Shown: positions 1 to 9,552 of the stretch, piece after piece
Layout of the letters: each line of letters opens with the position of its first letter
Position numbering within the stretch: position 1 is the first letter of the stretch
The notes under the pieces: generated by a model
Seen by the model: only the letters and a program-made list of their open reading frames with translations
Databases searched by the model: none
What the model was told of the DNA's origin: nothing
NCBI GenBank assembly: GCA_902468245.1
Contig: CABQXY010000028.1
Span: 412,802-476,801, forward strand
DNA from: an uncultured Porphyromonadaceae bacterium
GTDB lineage: Bacteria > Bacteroidota > Bacteroidia > Bacteroidales > Muribaculaceae
Direction of reading: 5' to 3'
DNA: 64,000 bases
Program-made: the position numbers and the translations under genes

Positions 1-262
1 TTACGGTATTGACCGCTCCGATTGCCTTGGCTTCAGGGCTGAGTTCAGAAAGATAGGGAATAATCGCCTCCTTATACGGATGCGTCACGTTGAACCCGAT
101 TAGATCGGGATGACAGCTGATTATTTCCGGCAACTGAGAAATGTCATCAATCGGGAATGTGATATATTGCCCTTCGATGCCAAGTTTTTTGAATTTGGCA
201 TCGAAATATGCCGGCGACTGGGTGTGCTGCAGCGGCCATCCTATTATTCCCAACTGAATCAT
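1..262 (-). CDS. aroE: shikimate dehydrogenase (AroE), N-terminal part; C-terminus lies beyond the window start
   Basis: Reverse-strand translation from the ATG at 262: MIQLGIIGWPLQHTQSPAYFDAKFKKLGIEGQYITFPIDD...GFNVTHPYKEAIIPYL. This matches the AroE N-terminal substrate-binding region (G.IG.PI.HS.SP..H...F, NVT.P.K). It is not in the ORF track because it is cut by the window edge. Confidence 0.6.
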   Translation of the reverse strand, partial: MIQLGIIGWPLQHTQSPAYFDAKFKKLGIEGQYITFPIDDISQLPEIISCHPDLIGFNVTHPYKEAIIPYLSELSPEAKAIGAVNTV

Positions 263-280
263 TGTTCTCACATTAAGCTT

Positions 281-2227
281 TTACCAGATGATTACCCGCT
301 CATCCTCGGGCCGGAACATGGCGTGACCTTCGGTAACGTCGAACGCCTTAAGGAACGGGTCGAGGTTCCGCAACGTCACGTTTACGCGGTTGCGACCTAA
401 TGAATGCGGGTCGGACTTGGTGCGCGACAGTATCTCCTCCGGACGTATGTTGGCGGCCCATACCGAAGCGTAAGCCAGATAGAACAGCTGCTCGGGCGTA
501 AAGCCTTCGATTTCTACATTGTCGTCACCGTGCGCATCTTTCCATGCGGTGTACGCAATGCGCAGACCCCCCTGGTCGGCTATGTTCTCGCCGAGAGTGA
601 ACAGACCGTTGGCATATACTCCCGGTGCCACTTCCACCCGGTTAAACTGCTCCACGAGACGGTCGGTAAGTTCCTTGAACCGCTCGGCATCCTCCGGCTC
701 CCACCATTCGTTCAGGTTGCCCTCCTTGTCGAAACGGCGTCCCTGGTCGTCGAATCCATGAGTCATCTCATGGCCTATCACGACGCCGATGGCACCGTAA
801 TTCATGGCGTCGGCTGCGTTGATGTCGAAATATGGCGCCTGGAGTATACCGGCCGGAAAACATATCTCGTTCATCTGCGGGCTATAGTAGGCGTTGACGG
901 TCTGGGGAGTCATGTACCATTCGTCGCGGTCCACGGGTTTGCCCAGCTTGTTGTAGTTGTCCTGCACGAACCATTCGGTCGCTTTCAGTATATTGTGGTT
1001 ATAGCTGCGCTCCGGGTCAATGTCTATCTCGGAATAATCCTTCCATTTATCGGGATAGCCAATCTTGACTTTCAGCACGCTCAGCTTCTCCAATGCCTTC
1101 TGCTTGGTGGCGTCCGACATCCAGGGCAGTTCCTCGATGTGTTTGCCCAAGGCAGTGCGCAGATTCTCCACCAGACGCTTCATGTACTTCTTGTTGGCCT
1201 CCGGGAAATATTTCTCCACATAGAGCTGGCCCACGGCCTCTCCGAACATCGAGTTAGGAATGGCCATTGCCCGTTTCCACAGAGGCTTCTTTTCCTCGGT
1301 GCCCGACATCACGCGGTCGTACAGCTCGAAGTCGGCTTCGTAGAACGCCTCGCTGAGCGTACCGGTGCCTTCGCTTATGGCTATCAGCACCAGGTAATCG
1401 CGCACTTTCTGTATCGGCAGCGAGGGGAGATACGTGCTCATCCATTCTATGAACTTGATGGACGACACGTTCAGCTCCTCGGGCATCTTCAGGCCCGATC
1501 CCTCGAAGATGCCGCGCCAGTCTATGCCGGGAAAGCGCGACAGAAATTCCTCGGTCGTCATCCAGTTATAGCTGAGCAACGGATTGCGGCGTTCCTCGCG
1601 CGTTTTCTTGTGATGGGCAATCTCCGTCTCTATTTCTATCACGGCTTGCCATACGCGCTCGGCGTCTTCGGGCGCGTAGCCCACCAGCCCCATAATAGTC
1701 AGCACGTATTTGTGGAATGCCTGAAGAATGGTGTCGTTACGTTCGTTCTTCTCCAGATAATAGTCTCGGTCACCTAACGACAGTCCGCATTCCGACACAT
1801 GGAGCACATTGACCGACGAATCCGCCGGATTCGGTCCCACGCCGTAGCCGAAGAAACCGCCGCCGGCGCCACGGTTCAGCCATGCCATTGTGTCGGTGAA
1901 CGTATCTGCGTCCATCTTCTGAATCCGTTCCACCACGGGCATGATTGGCGCGGCACCTTCGCGTTCGCGACGTTCCGTGTCGAGTCCCTGCTCGTAGATG
2001 TCATGAATCTTCTGGGCTATCGAGCCGCGTTGTTCGGCTTCGGGATGTTCGCCCAGGCCTTCTATCAGTTCCTTGACCTGCTTGCGCGATTTCTCGGCTA
2101 TGTCGTCGAATACGCCGTAGCGTGAGAATTCCGGTTTCAGAGGATGACTTTTCTGCCAGCCGCCACAGGCGTAGCCGTAGAAGTCGCCGCGAGGATCTAT
2201 GTTCGGGTCGATGTTTTCCTTAATCAT
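281..2227 (-). CDS. M13 family metallopeptidase (PepO / neprilysin-like endopeptidase)
   Basis: 648 aa; zinc-binding motif HEMTHGFDDQG, and NAYYSP / VNAYY, typical of M13; 2-nt gap to downstream SPFH gene. Confidence 0.85.
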   Translation of the reverse strand: MIKENIDPNIDPRGDFYGYACGGWQKSHPLKPEFSRYGVFDDIAEKSRKQVKELIEGLGEHPEAEQRGSIAQKIHDIYEQGLDTERREREGAAPIMPVVERIQKMDADTFTDTMAWLNRGAGGGFFGYGVGPNPADSSVNVLHVSECGLSLGDRDYYLEKNERNDTILQAFHKYVLTIMGLVGYAPEDAERVWQAVIEIETEIAHHKKTREERRNPLLSYNWMTTEEFLSRFPGIDWRGIFEGSGLKMPEELNVSSIKFIEWMSTYLPSLPIQKVRDYLVLIAISEGTGTLSEAFYEADFELYDRVMSGTEEKKPLWKRAMAIPNSMFGEAVGQLYVEKYFPEANKKYMKRLVENLRTALGKHIEELPWMSDATKQKALEKLSVLKVKIGYPDKWKDYSEIDIDPERSYNHNILKATEWFVQDNYNKLGKPVDRDEWYMTPQTVNAYYSPQMNEICFPAGILQAPYFDINAADAMNYGAIGVVIGHEMTHGFDDQGRRFDKEGNLNEWWEPEDAERFKELTDRLVEQFNRVEVAPGVYANGLFTLGENIADQGGLRIAYTAWKDAHGDDNVEIEGFTPEQLFYLAYASVWAANIRPEEILSRTKSDPHSLGRNRVNVTLRNLDPFLKAFDVTEGHAMFRPEDERVIIW

Positions 2228-2228
2228 A

Positions 2229-3164
2229 TTATACGTTGGCGTTCAGAGTAGGAGTCAGGGGCTCGTCGGCACAGAGCACCGCGAGCAGGTTGCCTACCAT
2301 GGAGGCTTTCTGTTCGTTGCTGAGTTTTACGATGTTTTTCGATTCGAGAGTGGTAAGTGCCATTTCCACCATCGACACGGCGCCTTCCACAATTTTTTCG
2401 CGGGCAGTGATGATAGCCGAAGCCTGCTGGCGACGCAGCATCACGGCGGCAATCTCAGGCGCGTATGCCAGATAATTGAGACGAGCCTCCACAACCTCGA
2501 TGCCGGCCATTGCCAGGCGCTCGTTGATGGTGTGCTCAAGCATCTCGTTTATTTCCTTGCTGCTGCCTCGCAGGGTCAGTTCCTCGGCATTGTTGCCGTC
2601 CATGTTGTCGTAGGCGAAATGTCCCGTCACCTCGCGCAGGGCGGCGTCGCCCTGTATCTTCACGAAGTTGTCCAGAGCGTGCTTGTCCAGCTGTGATGTC
2701 CCGGCCGACATGCTCTGTGCGTCAAGGTCGAATGTCACCTTGTACGTGTCGTTGATTTTCCATACCAGCACCATGCCGATCAGCACCGGATTTCCCATCT
2801 TGTCGTTCACCTTGATGGGGTCGATGTCCATGTTGCGGATGCGCAGCGACAGCTTCTTGCGCGACACGAAGGGATTGGCCCAGTAATAACCTACCTTCTT
2901 GCAGGTGCCAACGTATTTGCCGAAGAATATCATCACGCGGGCCTCGTTGGGTTCCTGTGTGAAGAACCCCACGCAACCTATCACAAACGCTATCGCCAGG
3001 ATGGCGAAGATGGGTATCATCAGTGCCGGCACACCCTGCAGGAATGTGAATGTGGCCAATACCAGCAATGGAATTACTATGAAATTTATGAACAGCATCA
3101 AGAACCCGTTGATAAGGGCGCCCTGATACTCGTACTCATGGTTGGGTTGGTCAATTCTTGCCAT
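2229..3164 (-). CDS. SPFH/band-7 domain membrane protein
   Basis: 311 aa; two N-terminal TM segments followed by SPFH-like core; co-directional and adjacent to the M13 peptidase. Confidence 0.7.
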   Translation of the reverse strand: MARIDQPNHEYEYQGALINGFLMLFINFIVIPLLVLATFTFLQGVPALMIPIFAILAIAFVIGCVGFFTQEPNEARVMIFFGKYVGTCKKVGYYWANPFVSRKKLSLRIRNMDIDPIKVNDKMGNPVLIGMVLVWKINDTYKVTFDLDAQSMSAGTSQLDKHALDNFVKIQGDAALREVTGHFAYDNMDGNNAEELTLRGSSKEINEMLEHTINERLAMAGIEVVEARLNYLAYAPEIAAVMLRRQQASAIITAREKIVEGAVSMVEMALTTLESKNIVKLSNEQKASMVGNLLAVLCADEPLTPTLNANV

Positions 3165-3337
3165 AATCAGTGTGCTTTTGAGTTTTTACCAGATAAGTCG
3201 AACATGTCTCCGTGGCAATGTTCATATATAAATGCAAATTTAAAGAAAAAATCCCGGTTTTTCATTATCTTTGTGCGTATTTTGTGGAGTGAGTTCCTAC
3301 TTCGAAGCATGAATATTAATTTGAACTGACAAATATC

Positions 3338-5350
3338 ATGAGGAAATCAGAAAAAATGATCGCGGCCGTATCTATGGCCGTACTCGCCGGCTGCATATTC
3401 GCGAATGCATCCGGTACGTCGACTGCCGGGCCGGGGAAAGATTTTACCGGTTATCCCTACGAGCCAGTACCCTTTACGTCCGTCAAGGTACACGATGCGT
3501 TCTGGGGCAAACGCCTGGACGCCAGTCGGAACGTCACCGTGCCGTTGGCATTCAGCAAGTGCGAGGAATCGGGACGTTACGCCAATTTCGTCAAGGCCGT
3601 ACATCCCAATGACACCATCAAGGTCGAGGGTCTCCCGTTCGACGATACCGATGTGTACAAGACGATAGAAGGTGCAAGCTATCTGTTGCAGACATATCCG
3701 GACAAGAAACTGGAGGCGTACATAGACAGTGTGCTGGTATTGGTTGCCGCAGCGCAGGAGCCGGACGGGTATCTGAACACGCTCTACACAATGAATCCGA
3801 AACATCCCCATCCATGGATGAGTCCGATAAAGTATGAGGCCGTGGAGAACCTGAGCCATGAGTTCTATAATCTCGGGCACATGGTGGAAGGTGCCGTGGC
3901 GCATTACCGTGCCACCGGCAAGCGAAATTTCCTTGATATCGCGATAAAGTATGCTGACAATATATGTCGTAACATCGGTCTCGGCGAGGGACAGCTGGAC
4001 CGAGTGCCGGGACATCAGATTGCCGAGATGGCACTTGCAAAACTCTATTTGGTTACAGGCGACAAGAAGTATCTCGACCAGGCCAAGTACTTCCTGGACC
4101 GTCGAGGCAAGACGTCGCGCCATGACCTATATAGCCAGTCGCATAAGCCTGTGGTGGATCAGAAGGAGGCTGTAGGCCATGCCGTACGTGCCGTGTACAT
4201 GTATTCCGGTATGGCTGATGTGGCAGCACTTACAGGCGATTCCGCCTATATCAAGGCCATCGATACCATCTGGGACAACATGGTGACCAAGAAATATTAC
4301 ATCACCGGCGGCATCGGCGCCCGTCATCAGGGGGAGTCGTTCGGCGACAATTACGAGTTGCCTAACTCCACGGCCTATTGCGAAACCTGCGCGGCCATCG
4401 GCAACGTGTATGTAAACCACCGTCTGTTCCTGCTGCACGGTGATTCCGAATATTACGATGTGCTGGAACGCACCCTTTACAACGGCGTGCTGTCGGGGCA
4501 GTCGCTGAACGGCGATGCGTTCTTCTATCCCAATCCGTTGGCCAGTGACGGCGGTTACAGCCGTAAGCCCTGGTTCGGCTGCGCATGCTGCCCCTCGAAT
4601 CTCAGCCGTTTCATTCCCTCTATTCCCGGCTACGTGTATGCTGTGAAGGATGGTGACGTCTATGTAAATTTGTATCTGGCCAATGACGGCGACCTGAAGG
4701 TCAACGGCAAGCGAGTGCGTCTGTCGCAGTCCGGCAACTATGTCGACGACGGAAACGTGACCGTGACCATCAATGAAAATAAGGCCGATGCATTCACGCT
4801 CAAGCTGCGTATCCCCGGCTGGCAATTAGGCCGCCCGGTTCCCGGCGACCTTTATTCCTACACCGATTCCAAGGCCGGAAATATCTTGGTCAAGGTGAAT
4901 GGGGTTGACGTACCGGTCGAAAATCTTCAGAAAGGTTATTTAGGCATCAACCGCAAATGGAAGAAGGGCGACAAGGTGGAGATCAAGTTTGACAATACCC
5001 CGCGAATGGTAGTGGCCAACGAGCAGGTCAAGAACAACCGTGGCAAGGTTGCCATTGAGCGTGGCCCGATCGTCTACTGTGCAGAATGGCCCGATAATGA
5101 CTTTGACTTGGCGGGAGTCGTGATACAGAAGAATGCCAAGATCAGCGATGGAATCTCGCAGGACAGCAAGCTGAAGGGCCTCCATGAACTGAGCTTGCCC
5201 GCGCAGTCCCTCAGCCGAGACGCCGACGGCAAATTAGGCATCAAGGATGTAACACTCCACATGATTCCCTACTATTCCTGGGCTAACCGTGGCGAAGGCA
5301 AGATGCGCGTCTGGATTCCCACAGAGCTTTCTGCCATCAACAACGAATAA
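3338..5350 (+). CDS. glycoside hydrolase family 127 (beta-L-arabinofuranosidase-like, DUF1680)
   Basis: 670 aa; signal peptide; the conserved GH127 Cys-containing region ...ETCAAIGNVY... and ...FGCACCPSN... is present. Confidence 0.8.
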   Translation: MRKSEKMIAAVSMAVLAGCIFANASGTSTAGPGKDFTGYPYEPVPFTSVKVHDAFWGKRLDASRNVTVPLAFSKCEESGRYANFVKAVHPNDTIKVEGLPFDDTDVYKTIEGASYLLQTYPDKKLEAYIDSVLVLVAAAQEPDGYLNTLYTMNPKHPHPWMSPIKYEAVENLSHEFYNLGHMVEGAVAHYRATGKRNFLDIAIKYADNICRNIGLGEGQLDRVPGHQIAEMALAKLYLVTGDKKYLDQAKYFLDRRGKTSRHDLYSQSHKPVVDQKEAVGHAVRAVYMYSGMADVAALTGDSAYIKAIDTIWDNMVTKKYYITGGIGARHQGESFGDNYELPNSTAYCETCAAIGNVYVNHRLFLLHGDSEYYDVLERTLYNGVLSGQSLNGDAFFYPNPLASDGGYSRKPWFGCACCPSNLSRFIPSIPGYVYAVKDGDVYVNLYLANDGDLKVNGKRVRLSQSGNYVDDGNVTVTINENKADAFTLKLRIPGWQLGRPVPGDLYSYTDSKAGNILVKVNGVDVPVENLQKGYLGINRKWKKGDKVEIKFDNTPRMVVANEQVKNNRGKVAIERGPIVYCAEWPDNDFDLAGVVIQKNAKISDGISQDSKLKGLHELSLPAQSLSRDADGKLGIKDVTLHMIPYYSWANRGEGKMRVWIPTELSAINNE

Positions 5351-5367
5351 AGAATCCACATAACAAT

Positions 5368-5412
5368 AAACGAGAGGGTGCGTCGGACTGTCCGGCGCAC
5401 CCTCTGTGTTTA
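5368..5412. terminator. bidirectional intrinsic terminator between convergent GH127 and S9 peptidase
   Basis: GAGGGTGCG-TCGGACTGTCCGG-CGCACCCTC perfect 9-bp stem (with nested CGGAC/GTCCG) followed by TGTGTTTAT. Confidence 0.5.
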
Positions 5413-5426
5413 TGGTTATGATGTTA

Positions 5427-7580
5427 TTATCTGTGATCGTACGGGCGATTTGCTCTTTCTTCGGCTCTTTGCTTTTCCAGTACAGGATTCTTCAGGTACT
5501 TGTCAAGGAAGCGGAAGAAGCAGCGCTGCCACAGGATTGCGTTCTGAGGTTTTAGAATCCAGTGGTTCTCGTCGGGGAATACCACCATCTCGGCCTCAAG
5601 ACCGTGCATCTTGGCGGCATTGAAGGCCATCATGCCCTGCGAGGCGAGGATGCGGTAATCCAGTTCGCCCACGGTGATGAGCATAGGCGCCTGCCATTCG
5701 TTTACGAAGCGGTGGGGCGAGTTGGCGAATGTGCGCTGTGCCGTGGCATTCTCCTTGTCCCAGTATGCGCCGCCCATATCGAAGTCGGCAAACCACATCT
5801 CCTCTGTCTCGAGATACTGCGACTCCATGTTGAAGATTCCGGCGTGAGCGATCAGGGCTGCGAAGCGGCCGTTGTTGTGACCTGCCAGCCAGTAAACGGA
5901 GAAGCCGCCGTAGCTTGCTCCGATGGCGCCCACATGGTCGGCGTCAACGTAGGGCTGCGACTTGATGTAGTCGGTGGCCGCGAAGTAATCCTGCATGTTC
6001 TGGCCGCCGTAGTCACCCGAAATCTGACGGTTCCATTCCGTGCCGAAGCCCGGCAGCCCGCGACGGTTCGGGGCGATTACGACATATCCGTGAGCAGCCA
6101 TGATCATGAAGTTCCAGCGGTAGCTCCAGAACTGGCTTACGGCCTGCTGCGGGCCGCCCTGACAGTACAGGATGGCGGGATATTTCTTGTTGGGGTCGAA
6201 GTCCGGGGGAAGAATCTCCCAGCAGGTCATCATCTTGCCGTCGGTGGTGGGCACCATTACCTTGCGCACCTCGCCGAGCTTGAGCTGGTCAAGCAGATCC
6301 TTGTTTATCTGCGTCAGCATCTTGGTTTCGGCCTGTCCTTTCGTCACGAGGCAGATGTCGGCGGGCTCGCGCATGGAGCGGCGCATCGTGATGGCGGCGT
6401 TGTCGCTGACGGGGATAACCGTGCCGTAGTCATACTGGCCGGCTGCGACAGTGTCGATGGCGCATGTGTTCACGTCGATGCTGAACACAGGCTCGGTGCC
6501 CTCGTAATAGCCCGTGAACCAGATGGACTTACCGTTCTTGGCCCAGGCTATCTGTTCGGGCCAGTAGTCCCAGTTCTCGGTCAGGTCTTTCTTGGCACCG
6601 GTCTTGACGTCCATCACCATCAGGCGCTTCTTGTCGCTCTCGTATTTGGGAGTGGCCATCGACAGCCATGCTAACTGCGTGCCGTCGGGCGAGAATGCGG
6701 GGTCGGTGTTGTAGCCCTGCTCGCCCGGAGTCAGAATCTTGGTCGATTTGTCGGCGAGATTGTACTGATACAGGTTGGAGTTGGTAGAGAATGCGTAATC
6801 CTGGCCCTTCAGCTTGCGGCTGACATAAACCAGCGACTGACCGTCGGGAGCCCAGGCGAACGACTCGGCGCCGCCGAAGGGACGCATCGGGCATTCAAAC
6901 GGCTCGCCGGCCATGATGTCGGCTTCGTTCTTGATGCCGTCGTTGTGGAAATCAGCCACGAAGGGGTGGGGTATCTGGGTCACCCACTCGTCCCAATGCT
7001 TGTACATCAGGTCGTCCACCACACGGCCGGTGGTCTTGGGCAGTCCCTCGAACAGCGTGGAATCTTTGTCGAAGGCGTCGATGGGGGAGCTGAACACGAT
7101 GTGCTTCTCGTCGGGAGCGATGGAGAAACACTCGATACCGTTCTTCATTTCGGTCAGGCGTTTTACATTGCTGCCGTCGGCATTCATGCGGTATATCTGT
7201 ACCGCGTCGGTTTCCTTGTCTTTGGCCAGGAAAGCGATCTTCTCGCCGTTGGCATACCAGCGGATATTACCTTCGGAACCGGCAGTCTTGGTGAGACGCT
7301 TCATGTTCTGGCCGTCGGCATCCATCACATAGATCTCGGCGTTACCCTTGTTCTCCTCGATGTCCTCGTAGGTGAGGGTGAAGATGATTTTCGATCCGTC
7401 GGGCGACGGCTGCGGGTCGCCGATGCGACCGAACGATTCCAGCACTTCCGGAGTCATCATGCCGTTCACAACCTTTACGTCCGGCTTCTCGATGATTTTT
7501 TCACTCGTTCCCTTGTCTCCGCATCCGGTCAGAGCAAGCGGCAACAACATGGCACACATGGTCAATCCTGTTTTGTTCAT
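5427..7580 (-). CDS. S9 family serine peptidase (prolyl oligopeptidase/dipeptidyl aminopeptidase type) with N-terminal beta-propeller
   Basis: 717 aa; lipoprotein-like signal (LTGCGD); C-terminal alpha/beta hydrolase with GASYGG (GxSxGG) nucleophile elbow. Confidence 0.8.
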   Translation of the reverse strand: MNKTGLTMCAMLLPLALTGCGDKGTSEKIIEKPDVKVVNGMMTPEVLESFGRIGDPQPSPDGSKIIFTLTYEDIEENKGNAEIYVMDADGQNMKRLTKTAGSEGNIRWYANGEKIAFLAKDKETDAVQIYRMNADGSNVKRLTEMKNGIECFSIAPDEKHIVFSSPIDAFDKDSTLFEGLPKTTGRVVDDLMYKHWDEWVTQIPHPFVADFHNDGIKNEADIMAGEPFECPMRPFGGAESFAWAPDGQSLVYVSRKLKGQDYAFSTNSNLYQYNLADKSTKILTPGEQGYNTDPAFSPDGTQLAWLSMATPKYESDKKRLMVMDVKTGAKKDLTENWDYWPEQIAWAKNGKSIWFTGYYEGTEPVFSIDVNTCAIDTVAAGQYDYGTVIPVSDNAAITMRRSMREPADICLVTKGQAETKMLTQINKDLLDQLKLGEVRKVMVPTTDGKMMTCWEILPPDFDPNKKYPAILYCQGGPQQAVSQFWSYRWNFMIMAAHGYVVIAPNRRGLPGFGTEWNRQISGDYGGQNMQDYFAATDYIKSQPYVDADHVGAIGASYGGFSVYWLAGHNNGRFAALIAHAGIFNMESQYLETEEMWFADFDMGGAYWDKENATAQRTFANSPHRFVNEWQAPMLITVGELDYRILASQGMMAFNAAKMHGLEAEMVVFPDENHWILKPQNAILWQRCFFRFLDKYLKNPVLEKQRAEERANRPYDHR

Positions 7581-7581
7581 G

Positions 7582-9552
7582 TCATTTATGTTTAGGTTTA
7601 CGTTTAGTTCGATTTTGGCTCCCCTCTCCCCGCGTCGCTGCGCCTCCCCGCGTCGCGTAGCCGTTTCCGTAGGGAGCTTTGCTCCCGGGGTACAGTATCT
7701 GTATCAGGTCCGGCCTGCGCATCTTGCGCAGCTCCGTTATGATGCCTTGCCGTTCCTCCGGCTTGTACCAGAAGAAGAACTGCCTCTGCGCCAGCTTCTG
7801 CTCCCGTGTCTTGGCCGTGTAGACTTTCTCCCCCGTATAGGGGTGAATCCCGGTGTAATATATCTCCGTGGCCACCGTCATGGGCGTAGGAGTGAAATCC
7901 TGCACTTGTTCCAGCTGGAAGTTCAGCCCCTTGGTTATGGCCGCCAGCTCAGCCATGTCTTCCTCGTGGCAGGCCGGGTGCGACGAGATGAAGTAGGGGA
8001 TGAGCTGCTGCTTCATTCCCGCTTCCTCATTGACGCGGTCGAAGATGCGTTTGAATTTCCTGAACAGCTCGAAACTCGGCTTGCGCATGCAGTCCAGCAC
8101 CCGTTCGGACGTATGCTCGGGTGCAACCTTCAGCCGACCCGACACATGCAGCCGTATCAGCTCCTCGATATACCGGCGGTTGGTCTGGCGCACACGGTCG
8201 TCGGGATTGTCCGCCATGGCCAGGTCGTAGCGCACGCCGCTGCCGATAAACGACTTCTTGACCCCCGGCACGCTGTCGGCGGCATGGTACACGTCAAGCA
8301 GCGGTGCATGGTCGTTGTTGAGGTTGGGACAAGGCTTTGGGTGCAGGCATGACGGTCGCACACACTTGCTGCAGATGTCGCGGTTGCGTCCACCCATGGC
8401 GTACATGTTGGCCGACGGCCCGCCAAGGTCCGAGATATAGCCCTTGAAGTCGGGCATGTGCGTGATCTGCTCAACCTCGCGCACTATCGATTCCTTCGAC
8501 CGCGAGGCGATGAATTTGCCCTGGTGTGCCGAGATGGTACAGAAGGCGCAGCCTCCGAAACATCCGCGGTGCATACACACCGAATGGCGTATCATTTCGT
8601 ATGCAGGTATGGTCTTTCCCTTGTAGCGCGGATGCGGCATACGGGTGTAGGGGAGGTCGAATGTGGCGTCAACCTCCTCGGTGGTCATGGGCGGATACAT
8701 CGGATTGATGCGCACGGTCTTACCGAGTGCACGCTGATATATCACGCGGCCATGATATTTGTTGGATTCCTCCTCTACGTGTCTGAAATTAAGAGACTGC
8801 TTGCGCTTGTCCTTCAGGCATTCCTCGTAGCTTGACAGTACGATTGCGTCCTGCTCCGGTTCCTTGTCGGTCATGAACACGGTCTGCGGCACGTCGGTGA
8901 TGTTCTGTATCTTCTCGCCGGCTTCTATTCGGCGCGTCAGTTCAAGCATGGTGCGCTCGCCCATGCCGTACACTATCATGTCTACCGGTGCGTCAAGCAG
9001 GAACGGTGGGCGCAGACGGTCCTGCCAGTAGTCGTAATGCGACACGCGGCGCAGTGACGCCTCGATGCCGCCGGCTATGACCGGCACGTCGGGGTATAGC
9101 TCGCGCAGTATCTTGGAATAGACTATGGTGGGATAGTCCGGGCGCATTCCATGTCGTCCACCGGGCGTATAGGCGTCGTCGTGACGCAGGCGGCGGTTGG
9201 CCGTGTAATGGTTCACCATCGAATCCATCGCCCCTGCCGAGACTCCGAAATAGAGGCGCGGCTTGCCAAGTTTCTTGAAGTCGCGCAGATCGTCGCGCCA
9301 GTTGGGCTGCGGTACGATGGCCACCTTATAGCCGGCATTCTGCAGCACACGGCCTATGACCGCCGCGCCGAACGACGGATGGTCCACGTAGGCGTCGCCC
9401 GAAAACAGGATGATGTCGGCCTGGTCCCAGCCCAGCGCCTTCATCTCGTCGCGGCTCGTGGGCAGGAAGTCCTCGCGTCGCGGATAGGTGTATGTCTCAG
9501 ATCTGTTTTGCTGCATCTTTCGCTGTTTCTGTGGCTTGGGCACGCGATTCAA
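7582..9552 (-). CDS. ygiQ: YgiQ family radical SAM protein (UPF0313)
   Basis: 656 aa; [15 protein letters not shown]...[12 protein letters not shown]-terminus and [13 protein letters not shown] radical-SAM cysteine cluster; C-terminal tail is encoded by a dispersed repeat element (see findings). Confidence 0.85.
   Translation of the reverse strand: MNRVPKPQKQRKMQQNRSETYTYPRREDFLPTSRDEMKALGWDQADIILFSGDAYVDHPSFGAAVIGRVLQNAGYKVAIVPQPNWRDDLRDFKKLGKPRLYFGVSAGAMDSMVNHYTANRRLRHDDAYTPGGRHGMRPDYPTIVYSKILRELYPDVPVIAGGIEASLRRVSHYDYWQDRLRPPFLLDAPVDMIVYGMGERTMLELTRRIEAGEKIQNITDVPQTVFMTDKEPEQDAIVLSSYEECLKDKRKQSLNFRHVEEESNKYHGRVIYQRALGKTVRINPMYPPMTTEEVDATFDLPYTRMPHPRYKGKTIPAYEMIRHSVCMHRGCFGGCAFCTISAHQGKFIASRSKESIVREVEQITHMPDFKGYISDLGGPSANMYAMGGRNRDICSKCVRPSCLHPKPCPNLNNDHAPLLDVYHAADSVPGVKKSFIGSGVRYDLAMADNPDDRVRQTNRRYIEELIRLHVSGRLKVAPEHTSERVLDCMRKPSFELFRKFKRIFDRVNEEAGMKQQLIPYFISSHPACHEEDMAELAAITKGLNFQLEQVQDFTPTPMTVATEIYYTGIHPYTGEKVYTAKTREQKLAQRQFFFWYKPEERQGIITELRKMRRPDLIQILYPGSKAPYGNGYATRGGAATRGEGSQNRTKRKPKHK
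7643..7688 (-). repeat. copy of dispersed GC-rich repeat element (hairpin GGGAGC-aaa-GCTCCC + TACGGAAACGGCTACGCGACG + CGGGGAGG), inside ygiQ 3' end
   Basis: sequence identity to copies at 58394-58487 and 61931-61970. Confidence 0.7.

Noticed and set aside
110-400. 96-aa plus-strand ORF at the window start
   Set aside because: It overlaps the antisense of a clear AroE N-terminus (1-262, minus) and extends into the M13 peptidase 3' end. It has no coding signal.
404-1777. 457-aa plus-strand ORF inside the first M13 peptidase gene
   Set aside because: Antisense artefact. It has no motifs and low-complexity V/L/G/H-rich composition. The same applies to 56397-58298 (633 aa) opposite the second M13 peptidase, and to 5562-6674, 9860-10744, 14096-15220, 37614-38771, 48762-50231 and 62059-63045.
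9497-9552. 56-nt overlap between uvrB 3' end and ygiQ 5' end as a programmed overlap
   Set aside because: Alignment of the FLPTSRDEM block to E. coli YgiQ supports the first Met, so the overlap may be real but is unremarkable. An alternative later start (Met12) cannot be excluded from sequence alone.
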